From Pseudovirgaria hyperparasitica (taxonomy: Eukaryota), in assembly GCA_010093815.1 (NCBI GenBank), contig ML996576.1: a stretch of DNA of 64,000 nucleotides; one strand, written 5' to 3'. This document shows, one piece after another, positions 12,959 to 25,462 of this stretch. Position 1 is the stretch's first letter; the number at the start of each line of letters is the position of its first letter. The notes beneath the pieces are model-generated. The model saw nothing but the letters and a program-made list of their open reading frames with translations. It did not search any database and was not told where the DNA came from. The position numbers were made by a program, and so were the translations under genes.

Positions 12959-14161
12959 TCAGCCCAAACGGCGCCCAGGTCCACGATTCCATGACGCGCC
13001 TGTGGTTCTGCCGGCATTCGGCTCGTCCACATCTCCAGGCGGCGCGAACGCAGTACCGTAAGCTCGCGGTCTCGGCCCTACATGGTCGGCGCCAAAAGCT
13101 TGTGCGATCAGTCGCGGAGTCTTGATCCATGGTTCCCTGCTGCCACCGCCAAAGGCCGGCCATATACGGGTGAAAAAATCATAAAGATGGGCAGCGAAGA
13201 TCCCGGTGGACTGCTCCAAACAGACAGTAGGACCTTCCATGATAAAGGACATCAGGAGCATGGCGAGAGGAAGATATTTGGCAGGGAAATTGATGATGAA
13301 AAATTGAATTTGGACATTCGGATTGTCCTGACTGTAGGTGTAGGCAAAGGCGAGAGTAAGAGCTGCGTAGTTCGTGAGTAGGATGTGTAAGGCTGATGGT
13401 TGTAGTACGTACCGGACATGAAAAAGAATCCACCTAGGCCAAGGCCACAAGCAACCTAGTGAGAGCTTGTCAGCAACCAGAATTGACAAAATGCTCATTT
13501 GTTACACTCAGTGTTCACGCAAATATGATAGTGATGATATGTAGGGTGTCATTACCCCCACCTGCAATCCGGGGCTGCAGCCAGGTTCTCAAGTGACATC
13601 CCACCATGCTCACACCCCATACAGTCCTAAATGATTGACTTTTTTGCGAATGATGGGACCTGTATGAAATGCAAGGGTAATCTCCCTCCGTTCCAGGAAC
13701 CGCTCTCAGCTATTGATAGCTGGACGGGCAGATATAGGAGGTTTTACACGACACGCACGCAACAAGGCAATGTTCAGAAGCAGGAGCGCGACGTACCACT
13801 ATGCTCGTCATCACGAAGAGTGTATATGTGAAGAAGTCTCCTGGTCTGCTAAAGCGGGGACTTCCAGTCTCCAAACTGCTGCCATATCGATATAAGAAGA
13901 AGGGATCCAGGATGATTCCCAGCTTTGGCCCTGTCACTAGGAAGGCAGTCATAGGTCGCCATATCTCGGGAGGAAGCTTGAACACTTGTCGTGATATGAA
14001 TGCGAAAGGATATAGCGGGATGAGTTTGCCATGTCCTAGCAATGACACGATAAGAGCAGAAGCTGCAAGGGTTCTGTGGACAAATCAGCTGGGAACCAAA
14101 CGGGTTGTAAATAGTTGAGGTCTTACCTAGACACTGGCGGTGCCTGCCAGAAGACATCCAT
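12959..14161 (-). CDS. Derlin family (Der1/Dfm1-like) ERAD membrane protein
   Basis: MDVFWQAPPVSR start, PPEIWR..TAFL.TG motif, YLPLAML, G..AAHLYDF.TRIWP, and C-terminal SHP-box-like WNRGPGRRLG. Introns near 14125-14074, 13795-13458 (long) and 13413-13364. Confidence 0.9.
13537..13705 (-). ncRNA. Candidate intronic box H/ACA snoRNA
   Basis: Inside the ~340-nt derlin intron. 5' hairpin GCGG..CCUG/GAGGG..CCCUU/CAGG..UUCGC, then H box AAAAAA (13640-13645). 3' hairpin has lower stem GGGAUGUCA/UGACACCC, pocket CUUGAGAA / GGGUAA and upper stem CUGCAG/UUGCAG, then ACA plus 3 nt, with the pocket top 15 nt from ACA. Confidence 0.65.
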
Positions 14162-14585
14162 AATGATTCAATTCTTCTTGATAACTTGGTTAAGCTTGAG
14201 AAGAGGAGATGAAAGCTGGAGGATGTAGTCTGGAGGCAGCTGAAGATTTGGTGAAAGGTCAAGGTGGCTTTTCGAAGGTCGGTGCAGTCAGCCCGTGGAA
14301 AAAAGTCATGCGTGCTGCCTGGCGCGTGAATCCTGTCTCAGGCAGCAATATTGGCACAACACGTTCGATTTGGAACATGAAGAGCGAATTCACGCAACAC
14401 ATGTTGATTGTGGATGCTCAGTTTTTGAGTACGGTTATGCACCGCATTCTACGTTTGAAAAAAAACGGCATGACTACATAACTGGCTTCTGAAACCCAGC
14501 CTCCTTATACGTCAACATCATACATGAGGGAAAACTCCAGACGCCGCTACTTATGCTTTCATGAATTCTCCTACTATCATTTGTC

Positions 14586-15868
14586 TCATAGAATCGTTTT
14601 CAGTTGTGTCTTCTGATTAGCCGTCAGGTTGGTTGGAAACTTAATGTTGACACCAACGACAAAGTCGCCTCTTTCGGTGGGTTTCTTGCTTTTCGGCATG
14701 CCGAGATTAGGGAACCGTTCCTTCCACGTCGGCGGCGTCGGTCCACCCGATGCGACCTTTACTTGCTTGCCGTCAATGGTTTGTACAGTACGACTCCAGC
14801 CGGTCAGCGCCTCTTTGAGGTCGAGCTCTACGTTATGGGTGATATCGTCTCCGTCTCGGTGGAACAGGGGGTGAGGTTTCTGCAAAATGTCAGTACAGGT
14901 CCATCGTAATGTTCGTAGCTATCACTTACTTCCTTGACTATGAAGTGCAAATCCTGGGTACCGCCTTCAACCTGATCGCCAACATCGGAGAATTTGATCT
15001 TTGAACCGGCTTTCAAGCCCTTCTTGATCGGTACCTCTAGAATTCTGTCTTGCAGACTCTGCTTCTGTGTTTGCGGGTCGAATGTCTTTCGCTTGATCTT
15101 CATCTTCTTTGTGGTGCCGTTGAACAGGTCTTCTAGATTAACTGGAAGTTCCCTTTCCACTACAGTAACCTCAGGGGTAGGAGCGCGGCGCCCAGCACCG
15201 TCGAACCGACTGCTCGTAGTTCGGCCCTTCATGCCTGGTATACCTCCCATCCCACCAAAGCCTCCAAAATCGTCCTCATCTCCCATGCCTCCTTGACCTC
15301 TGAGAAACTCCGAGAATATGCTCTCTGGATTGCTGAAATGGAAGCCCCCTGCACCTCCGCCAGTGGAAAAGTGGAATGTTCGAGTACCACCGCCTCCTCC
15401 CATGCCTCCAAATCCAGGAAAGCCTCCTGAACCATCGAATGGCATACCACCGGCTCCACCATCCTCTGGCGCCGCCTGTCCACCCCGTAGTAAGAACTCG
15501 AGGCCGAATTGGTCGTATGTCTTGCGCTTCTCGGGGTCAGAAAGGATCTCGTAGGCCTGCGATACCTCTGCGGAAGGACCATTAGCGTCGAGCGTTTCTT
15601 GAGATCATTATGATGAGCCTACCTTTGAACTTTTCGTTGGCTTGTGGGTTGTCTTTGTTCTTATCAGGATGCCATTTCAGCGCTGCTTTCCTGTATGCCT
15701 TTTTGATTTCTTCTTGTGTCGCGCTAGGTTGGATGCCTGTGGTATTGAGGGATCAGCTAAGTAATGTACAGATTCGAAGTCAAGATTGTCATCCTGAAGC
15801 GCTAGTTAGAGTATTGGAGGTGACTGTTACTTACCTAGTTGATCGTAGAGCTTTGTCTCTTTCACCAT
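14586..15868 (-). CDS. SIS1: Type II Hsp40/DnaJ co-chaperone (Sis1/Psi1)
   Basis: [12 protein letters not shown] start, J-domain [17 protein letters not shown]-rich region, C-terminal domain ([28 protein letters not shown]); three short introns. Confidence 0.93.
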
Positions 15869-16516
15869 GTTTACGTATTGCGGTGGAGGGAAGCGACCAG
15901 AATCGTATGTGGCGATGACTATAAAAGTGCGTTCGAAGTAGGTTGCAACGTACGAAGCGAGAGGTGAAAAAGGGAATACAAGGCAAGAACGAAATATGTT
16001 GACGTCCTGGTCAGCCGACGCAGCCTCACCGGCGAGAACACCCCACAACGTTCCGACTCCATCGTGCGGGCAGTCCCGCTGCAAACGTCACGCTATCGAA
16101 CTTTCTGGAAGGTTCGATGTGACCATCACTGATAAACATTGTGCAACAATATCAATCAAGCTTCAGGTCTTAAAGGAGGCATAGTTCTATCAATTAAGAC
16201 TTGAGGCGCTTCAAAGGATACTAAGTGGGAGCAGAATTATTGTTAATTGCTTGGTACAAAGTGACATACAATGCCAAGATACCCGAACGCCTAAGGCTTC
16301 AACATTTCCTATTGTATTCTAAATCCTTACTGGTTCCATGGGTGTGACAATGTGTGGTATTCGATCAGTTATTTACGCCTTTGTACTCCGCCAGGACTCC
16401 GCCATGATAGCTTTTCCGCATGACATGGTAATGTACACATATAAGCCTACCATTAGCTATGAAAACGCCGATCCCTACAAGCTCAGGAAAAGACAGACTC
16501 GACAAGCTGAAACACT

Positions 16517-18128
16517 TCAATCGCTATCGCTGTCTCCTCCTTTGGACTTCCGTTTCGCTTTTTTCTCTTTCTTTTCAGCTTTCTTGCGTTTCCGCTCAGC
16601 TTTCTCCTCAGGGGTCTCGTCCTCGTGTTTCCTTTTTTTCTTCGTGTCGCCGTTGACGTCGGCTGGTGAGGCTGCTTCGGCCTCATTGCCCGTTGGTGGT
16701 ACGGGTGCGGCCGCCAAACCGTCTGCCTTCGAGGTGGTCTCAGCCGTAGGGACGTCCTCGATACGTTCTTGCTGAGCATTGCCTCCAAGGTCGGTGTACT
16801 CTGCCTTCCACTTGGCCGGAGTATTTTCGTTGAGCCGCCCGTACTTGTCAAGTTTGCCATCAGCCTTGAGCTTCTTTTTCTCTGTGGCCACTGGTCCCAT
16901 TCCCCATCTCTTTGGGTACAGGTCCCTTTCCATGATGACGCGCTTGATTTTCGCCACAACACCGTGGTCACAAGATGACATTTCGACCGCCGACATTTGT
17001 GCAATAGCAATGGCGATAGCCTCGCCCTTGGTAGTCATCAAGACAACTTCTTCGTGTTGGTCAATGCCACTCTCTGAGATAAATGTCAGCAAAATTGCGA
17101 AGCGCAAGCAATCGGAAAAGGTTCTTACCATAACGGAGGAGACCTGGTATCATGAGCTTCGCACCATAGCAAATAGCATTCACCGTGCTGTCCTTGACGA
17201 CGATTCGCTTGTATGTCGTAAGAAGGCTCTCCAGTGGCTTGATGACAGTGCGAAGGTACGATTCGTCGCGATTGTTGTCGTACATCCATTGGGCATCGAG
17301 AACATCATGTAGAGTGACCATGTCCTTCTCCTCGTCCATTGCACCACTCCTTACTCTTCTCAGCTCTTGCATATGTGCACCAACGCCTAGCAGGAGACCA
17401 AGATGCACACACAAGGTACGAATGTAGGTTCCAGCCTCGCAGCTGACCCAGAAGACCGCCAAGTGCCGATCGTTGTCGAATTCATAGAGCTTGCTCTCGT
17501 GGATAGTACGAATCCTCAGTTGGCGCTTTACAGCAGAGATGAGAGGTGGTCGTTGGAACAGGGCTCCAGTCAAGGTTTCCAGTGCTCGAGCAAATTGAGC
17601 CTCACCACCAGGGAGTTTATCATGGAGGCGAATCACGCACACGTACTCTTTTCCTGCTCCCTGTTGCGATTTCACAAGGCGGGTGGCGCGGTCAATGCAG
17701 ACGATGAGGCAGCCAGTGACTTTGGGGTCGAGGGTGCCACTGTGACCAGTTTTTTCGACCCTGCGTACGATGAGTAGGAACACAGAGCATGCGCTGAAGA
17801 ATCATACCTGAGCATCCGCTTGAGCCATGCCACGACTTCATGACTGGAAGGATTGGACGGCTTGTCGAGATTAATCACGCCAGAGCTGATGTACTGCTTA
17901 AGATCGCGCTTGTGAGGGGCACATCCCATGGGTATCGGCATAAAATGAGAGGTGCGAACGAGGACTGTCAACTGTTAGCTTTTTGCGAGCTCCATGGAGG
18001 AATCGCGAGCTCAGCATACGGTTGCTATAATTTTTCAGAAGGAGAGGCCAGTCGCTCGTGTCAGGAGCAGGGGCACTGGCCGCTGGCTTGATAGTATAGT
18101 CCTTTTCATCCTTCTTGACGAGCGCCAT
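16517..18128 (-). CDS. CBF5: H/ACA snoRNP pseudouridine synthase Cbf5/dyskerin
   Basis: [39 protein letters not shown] (TruB catalytic Asp), PUA domain, [14 protein letters not shown]-rich tail; three introns. Confidence 0.97.
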
Positions 18129-18953
18129 CTTGAAAGATTGGCTAATCACGAAGATGTTTGGCGTAGTCGTTGGAACTCTGCTGTGATCAAGCTTGTATTC
18201 TGTGTGGACGACTTTTTCTCTGCATACCACTAACGGATTAGTGTACAGCTGAGCTGCCGCGGTTTAGCCTGTTGAGGCACGAGCCACAATTACAGTGATC
18301 GCTGCCAAGATGCGAGGGAGGTACTGGATTTCTCGAAGAAGCATCACCACAACCGATACCATTATCACCACCAATACCACCAGCAAGCGAGCAAATCATG
18401 CTACATGCACATACAGTCATCGTTCCGCACATAGTGTCAGCATTTTTGCTTTACCACTACGATGATACGTAGAATGCATGTGTGAAACCACTGGCGAGAA
18501 GGCCGCCGCATGGAATAACGAAGGACAAGCCCGGAGGGCAGAAAGAGAAGGCTACAGGGCAACCTATCTGGGCTCCCAGAGGCGTTGAGGCTCGTCAAGG
18601 ACCACTCTGTCATTCCGGCATAAGCAGTTGATCCCCTTTAGTACATAATTACATACTGTATTGCAGACTGCAAGCCCCCTGCGTGCCAAATCCAACCGTT
18701 GACGTGATCCCGATGATCCCAAGCGTCCGCCTCACTTTTATGCCTTGACCAGCCCACTGCCTCACCCGGACCCGGGTCGCCCCCAATAGCTCGCAATGTT
18801 GGCCCGCCACAGGACCACAGATATGGCATATAGAGCGGCTCAAGTCCTCCCTCCTCCTAGTCGTACGTCTTCCTCACTCTCCTCTCACCAACAACAGTGT
18901 CTCATGTCCTTGGCGTTTGTATGCTCCTGACGTCTGCCTACTCCAGAGCAGAT

Positions 18954-20129
18954 ATGAATTGTAGCAATATGATATCCGTGCACGACTTCAGTATCGCCGA
19001 GCTATGGAAGCAGTTCTACTGGGTCTGCCAATACGGCGACCTCGACGATGCCTTCCGATTGGCACCAGCTATACGGTATCATCCTGACTTAACGGATGAA
19101 TACCAAGACAAGTTCGACGAATATCTCGCAGGAATATTAGTCGACTCAATACGACACTGCTCTCTTGCCTGGGTGCGCTTCAGCCTAGATGAAGGCTCCC
19201 CTCTCACGCCTTTCGCCATTCACCAAGCTATCTTTCATCCAATGCCTGATCAAGAACGTCTGTTGTTATTTGACACGTTCTTTGAAAGGGGATGGAGCGT
19301 CGATTCCATCGATCACAACGGCGCACCCTTCATCCAGTAAGGATCACAATCTCTTTGAGTATCGCGTGTACTTGTACCATGTTTCCTACATTTGTAGGAT
19401 ACTCTCTTTTGTTACATGCTTGAGCAAGACTAGGTCTTCTCCTTTTCACTTTCAAACCAAAACTAAGCAGCATTTCCACGCAGCTCAGTATCTCATTCCC
19501 CATTACTGATCTCGTGGTTCATTTCCCACGACGCCAACCTCGACATGATAGATCCGCGCCGCAACAGCTCGGCACTTGATGCTGCTGCATTATATGGTCC
19601 GCTGCAAAGCATACAACTCCTTCTCTCCGCCAACGCACACTTCAGCAATGGCTCAGCCTTGCAGCTTGCCATTTCCAGACCAGAAGATGACTCGGTTATC
19701 ATTCCCATTCTGGAACTACTCCTCGATCAACGAATCTGCATTAGCGATGTCGACCCGGAGCTCGACACCGCTCTCCATGCCTCGGTGTGGCGAGGTAGTC
19801 TCCCTCGAGCAAAGCTTCTACTCGAACGTGGCGCGAACCCCTATCAACCGGGGATAACTCGACCGCCCGCTATTCACTATGCGCGTGTGCTCGGGGACCT
19901 TGCAATGGAGCACTTCCTATCGTCCTGGTCAACGACGCCCCCACAAGAACGACGGAACAGCTGGATTGTGGTCGATAATGAAGTTGTTCATGGAACAGAT
20001 GACTGGGAGAGAGTTAATGAATGTCTAGCTGAGATGACTATCGCCGAAGACACTCTGGTCGAGCACTGGGAGGGTTCAGCGCCTGATCATACAGGAACGC
20101 AGCGATATCAACCTGTTGCAGCGGCATAA
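18954..20129 (+). CDS. Ankyrin-repeat protein
   Basis: Two ORFs joined in frame by intron 19337-19483 (CA|GTAAGG..CTAAG..CAG|C). Ankyrin motifs SALDAAALYG..IQLLLSANA, SALQLAI..LELLLD, TALHASVWRG..AKLLLERGANP. Confidence 0.8.
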
Positions 20130-20519
20130 CGCTGTATGAAGAGGTCGGCAGGCTCCTCACAACTTTACATTCAAAACATTGATATCCACTTATCATTTTC
20201 CCGGGTTGGCGTACTAGGGTCCTGGATTCCATGGATAGGGGCGTAAAATTTCAAACAAGTACAAGGCGCAGATGGCTCCCGGGTATTACATGCATTGCGT
20301 GGCATGCCAACTTTCTTCAAGACTCTCTGTAAATCTTACTTGATTGAACGTCTCCATTTAGCCGGGCTAGGTATAACCTTGTATTTGTCCTTTCAATTCT
20401 TTTTATAAGGCGAGCAATCAGAGTGTTACGATCCTCACCCCAGGCAGCTATGTATATAGATCGACCAATAGAAATTTTAAGGTTTTGCTGATCGTGTTGA
20501 TCGTCCATGCGTGATCGAG

Positions 20520-20860
20520 GCAGTGTACATTACGAGTCAATTATCAGCACTGATACCTTTTCATCCTAAGGAGTATATTTGTTGGTAGTCACTGTCATAT
20601 TAAGAGAGGATCCAGGTTACTGCTTGGTAATAGTAAAGAGCCTACAATTATAGATCTTTAGTCATAGCTCTAGAAAATGTACACTTAAAGACGGTGCTAA
20701 GTACAGCAATTCAACGCTCTATATAGGCGACGTTCCTTGTAGAATTATCAGTGTATAAGAGAAGTATTAGTACCAAAATCATTAATCATATTAATCACAC
20801 AGGGTTGTTCGTTTAATATAGATAGATAGCCTTATAATATAACTATAGTAGGAGGATCTA
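20520..20860. repeat. AT/TpA-rich RIP-like degenerate DNA
   Basis: Visibly TpA-rich (tataatataactatagtag) with no ORF, unlike neighbouring coding DNA. Confidence 0.4.
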
Positions 20861-21874
20861 CTAGGAAGTTTTTTTAACTAATTTACCAACGTAAGCCTCT
20901 CTTGGACTAGAACTTAGTTCATACCCCATCTCAAATAATAGTGCGAGTATACCGAAATAAGCATAGCTTTCCGCATTTATGAGCGCAGCGCTCGTAGGTA
21001 ACTGTTGACAAGCAGTCCACCCTGTCCCGTACTTTTCGTCCCCTATTTCGGTATACAGCACATGCATGAGCTCATGAAGTAATGTAAGGCTAAGAAACGA
21101 AACCAATTTGTCTGCTTCGAAGACCTGGAGATTTAGCACCCTATGCGGATCGTTTTTGGTGGCCTCTTGTACGTAGTGCTCCATAGTTCTGAATCCACTT
21201 TTCAGCACTGCATCACATAGCGTGAGAGTGTTCCGGCTTTCAGGTATCGTGTCTGCGGTACTGGGGGCTTGATCTCGATACATTATCGCGCCCACACTCG
21301 TAGAATATTCTGGGTCCATGCAGCCTGGGAAGTCATTCGTGACCATCCCGCTCTCAGCGTCTTCGAACGTGACCATTCCCCTTACTCTTGTTGGGCTATA
21401 CATCAATAGTCTTTCAATGATCTCTTCATCTTTTTTGGTATGTAAAGATGGAAACTGACGACGCCAAGATTTTATCATTTCCTGGAGTGGGGATTGTCCG
21501 CTCTCTTGGTCAAGTTTGATCTTCCACCGCTTATCGTTGTCGCAGTAGAATAGCGCCTCTGCGTCGAAGAATTGAGGCGAAGGTCTCATTTCCGTTACAC
21601 TACGCATAACAGATGCCACCCTCCGGGCGGTACTTTCATACGCAGAGGGATCCCTAGGATCAAACATACGACGGAAGGCACGATCGATGCCAGGGGGACT
21701 ATCTTTTAGCTCTAAATAACGATGAGCTAGTCTAGCACTTCTTATCACCTCGTCCATCACATCCTTAACACCTGGAAAATCTGAATATTTATCGCATGAC
21801 TCGTGCCAAGCGTATGTCCGGGCCGAGGAAAGAGTTAATAAACTTAGTAATAACACTAGGAGTAGCATTACCAT
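20861..21874 (-). CDS. Secreted zinc metalloprotease-like protein (M35 deuterolysin/aspzincin-like)
   Basis: Intronless 337-aa ORF with signal peptide MVMLLLVLLLSLLTLSSA, zinc motif TLLHELMH, downstream D..YG and NAESYAYF, typical of M35/aspzincin metalloendopeptidases. Confidence 0.75.
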   Translation of the reverse strand: MVMLLLVLLLSLLTLSSARTYAWHESCDKYSDFPGVKDVMDEVIRSARLAHRYLELKDSPPGIDRAFRRMFDPRDPSAYESTARRVASVMRSVTEMRPSPQFFDAEALFYCDNDKRWKIKLDQESGQSPLQEMIKSWRRQFPSLHTKKDEEIIERLLMYSPTRVRGMVTFEDAESGMVTNDFPGCMDPEYSTSVGAIMYRDQAPSTADTIPESRNTLTLCDAVLKSGFRTMEHYVQEATKNDPHRVLNLQVFEADKLVSFLSLTLLHELMHVLYTEIGDEKYGTGWTACQQLPTSAALINAESYAYFGILALLFEMGYELSSSPREAYVGKLVKKTS

Positions 21875-21879
21875 ATTTG

Positions 21880-22620
21880 ATAATCAAGAGTCCAAATAAG
21901 AGGATGTGAGGGAAATAAAGAGTTATAGTGAGTAATAGTTATAGCAAAACAGCTCTTACATTATGCAGAGTTCTTAGTATTTATTATAGCATGATATAAT
22001 ATAGGTAGCGCGTCATTTTTGAAGACCCAAACCTAGTCTATCTCTTTCTACTAACCGGTATATAAAGCGATAATTTGCTCAAGATATAAATAGTAACGTC
22101 CTTAGTCCTGGTATATTAGAATTAAGTCCTAGAAGAGGTTCAACTTACGGCCATACCATTCCACTAACAATGGTAATGCCTCACGGCTTAATACCGCACG
22201 ATTTATACCTAATAAAGAATCATCTCTAGCTCGTAGTAGATAATTTGGTATATAATATATTTCATATGCTTAAAATACTTCTAGTATAGTGATGTGATAA
22301 ATGACTTCTTAACACCGCTCTCACGTAGTATCCTTATATATATCTCTATCTCTTTCTTCTCTTATCTCTTACTTCTCTTATCTCTTACTTCTCTTATCTT
22401 TTCTAACTATATATATAGACTCTGTCTATAGCTACATACAAAATATTAGTAACGTATAAGGACTTGATACTCAGAAACGCAGAATCTACGGGACACGCTA
22501 ATAAAATAAGTCTCATCTTAATAACTAATAGGAATACTTCTATATTAAGTATAAGTAGCGCGGCTTTAATATCTATTGAGGGAGTACAGCCGTAAGGATT
22601 CCTCTTAGGTGTGGTAGATA
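21880..22620. mobile_element. RIP-degraded transposon/repeat relic (family not identifiable)
   Basis: Strongly AT- and TpA-rich, stop-rich in all frames; contains a 16-nt tandem unit TCTCTTATCTCTTACT (~2.7 copies, 22348-22400). Confidence 0.5.
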
Positions 22621-24097
22621 CAGCAATGACCGAGTGCAAGGACCACCAAGTTGATAACCACTATGAGGTGTGACATTTCGCAACGCGGCTGATTGAAGCT
22701 GTGTGCGGTATTTTTCATTCGTACCAGGTGGCGTTAGCGTCTGGAAATTCAGGTCTCTCAAAAGTTAAGGTTTGAAGTCATAGTGATCCAGGGTTTCAAT
22801 ACATACTCTGCACGTTCAAATTTGAGAACTCTACATTGCTAAGTGGTATGGTATGACCAGGTGGTAAGGTAGTATAGACCCTCAGCTACAAAGCTATAGA
22901 CTTTGAATCAGGATGCTGTAATAGACACATTGAATAACTGCGGAATGAATCGTCGGGACATTTATCATCTTGGATCTAATTATAGAAAAGCATGGATCCG
23001 TGTGCGGATAGGATTTGACCACGCGGACGAGACGGCACAGAACTGAGTGAATACATAGTGATAGCGAGCAATTTATTTCTCAGCCAAACGGCCTCATTTG
23101 CACGTTCTACAAACGGACCAATCAAAGCAACTTCTCCTCTTATGCTCTATTATTCTTTCTTGGACTATAGACCGCGAAAGAACCGGCGACGAGTGACCAC
23201 TTGCTTTTGTCTAGTTGCACAGCAGGGGGGGGGGTGCATTGAGCCCATGTATTCTACGTAGGAAACGTCGTGGGAATGTATGTGTACCAGTGAGGAGTGA
23301 GTGAACCGCATTTGCGTTGGAATTCCTTTGCGTGGCACACGTGTTCGTGTTTGTATGAACGCGACGCACACGCATGGACATGTAGGAAGCGTCCGCACCC
23401 CAGTTAGATACTAGATTTCGGGCGACGAATCACAACACAGACGCCTCACTCTTCGTCGAGTGGCTGAGCGATCCATGGTGACTGAGCGGGCGTCCGTGCG
23501 GTTGACTTACCTGTGCAGTACTCGGGACTGGGATTATTAGTAGTGGACTTGAAGTGGATCAAACAGGAAGTCCACTGGGAGTAATTAGTAATCATGAAAG
23601 CGCACAATAAGGAATTAAGCCGAGCAACCTGACTCGAATAAATGTGGACACCAGTAATCCAGTAGCGAGTTATTATTTATGCTAGGCACAGGGAATGTCG
23701 CGCGGACAGTGAGAACGGGATTCATGCATCCCGGTTCATTAATTAGACTGTGAGATAACGTGTGGCATAAGACCAGTATAGATCATCAACACTCTCCCGG
23801 CTTGTTTCTGATTACCGCCCTGCGTGTGGCGTGCTTCCTTCGCTGAGGGGCGTCCCAATCAATGCTTCATGTAAGGTTTATAGGTTAATGCATGAAGGAT
23901 GTTGTGATGACAGAAGTCAGCCTGGCGAGTACAAAGGCACGCTTTATCTCGTGCCGTGATGATATATCATCTCAACATGAAAGTAAAATACTGGTGACGA
24001 AGGCCTGTCAATATTGACCAAGCGAAGATGCCGACGGAAAGAGGATGGCGAGGAAGCATCAAAATATTTACGAGCGCGCGTGTTGTGGGGCGACGAC

Positions 24098-25462
24098 TTA
24101 CAGTCGTGGTCTAGGCTCATGTGTCGAATCATCCCCATCGTCCTGCGCTTCCAAATCAGGATCGATATCAAACATCAAAGACCCTCTGGTAATGTAAATG
24201 TTATCCAGAGTTTGCATCTGCGGACAATCTGTAACCCTGGTTGACGTGGTGAGAGAACGTTGGAATAAAGATATATTCGTCCTATTTTACGTTAGCTTGA
24301 CACGCGGCAGGGATAACAGGGCGATACATACGCAGACGCCTCAGTGCTCGCGCTTCCTTTACGGGCCCTCCAGCTTGTCCAGAACTTCGCTTTACTTCCC
24401 ACACTACTGATCGTGACTCGTGATGGATTCGATGTGATGCTCGAGTGTTGTTGGAGCAGGCTTGGGAAGAGTTTTCCGAGCCCGAGTAGGATCAGCCAGC
24501 CACGGTATCTGGTGATTGCTTCTGCACCAGTGCCGAAAAACAGGAATGCAAGTAGACCAGCGACGACGCGAACCCATATTGTAGGATCAATAACGCCGTC
24601 CATGGGAACCAAGATGATGGTGCTGCTCCAATGGTCGTGAATCACTGACCATGAATAAGGCTCAAGTTGGACCATTGCGAGGTTTGCGGACAAGCTGTAG
24701 AGCTGCAGTGGTAATGTGATAGTGAGAAGAACCTGTGTCATGGCAAAGAGGCGGATGAAGCGAGCCTTGGTGGTCCTCGAACGCTCAAGGAGTGCTGAAA
24801 ATTGTCGTCGATACCTATACATGCGATACATGACCGTCACTGGCGATATGTCAGCGCGTGATACAGACGAGGGCGAGGGAGTACGTACGGGCATAGAATG
24901 AGGCTACAGACGTGATAAGCACCGGCACAAGCCAGATGAGCACCAACGTCACCCAATTGTAGCTGATTGGGACTGTGCAGCCGCTCACCGTCAATATAAC
25001 ATAGCGTGCCGGCTGATCGATCGCTAAGTGCAATATTGACAATGCCGCTGGGAGTCCAAAACATAGTGTTAGGTCAAGTGTCGTCTTTTTGATCCTATCG
25101 TGTCGAGACTGATTGATGACTGCGCGGTCTGTATCCATGACCTTTGCAAGACCTTGCATGATACAGACCAATGAGCCCGAGAGAGCATAATCGGCCGCTA
25201 GAAGAAGTCGGACCTGGATGTCGCAAAGACCTTGACCATCCCACCAAGTGCTTGTATCGTCAGTCGGCCATATCAGCGCATTAGTGACTGTGACGAGGTT
25301 GAGGATGATGAGCCATAGCAATAGACTGAACAGGGCAATATTCCTGTTCTTGAAATGCCAAATGAGAGGCGGAATGTCCACGACGACAACGATTGCGGCC
25401 AGCGCAACGAGCACGACTCTTGTGGGGGACATGCTGTGGGAAGGTTGAGAATTCGCAGACAT
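24098..25462 (-). CDS. STE3: a-factor-type pheromone receptor (STE3 family GPCR)
   Basis: PPLIWHFKNRNI, NALIWP..D...WWDGQGLCDIQVRL, ARFIRLF, PYSWSVIH, F.FFGTG.EA...YR. Exons 25462-24889, 24839-~24331 and 24281-24098 splice in frame. Confidence 0.95.

Noticed and set aside
13560..13715. TPP riboswitch in the derlin intron (GCTGAGA, GAACCTG fragments)
   Set aside because: Spacing and stems do not fit the TPP fold, the host gene is unrelated to thiamine, and H/ACA architecture fits better.
22573..22580. CTATTGAG, a reported MAT1-1-1-type binding motif
   Set aside because: Single copy lying in RIP-like DNA downstream of STE3, not in its promoter; expected by chance.
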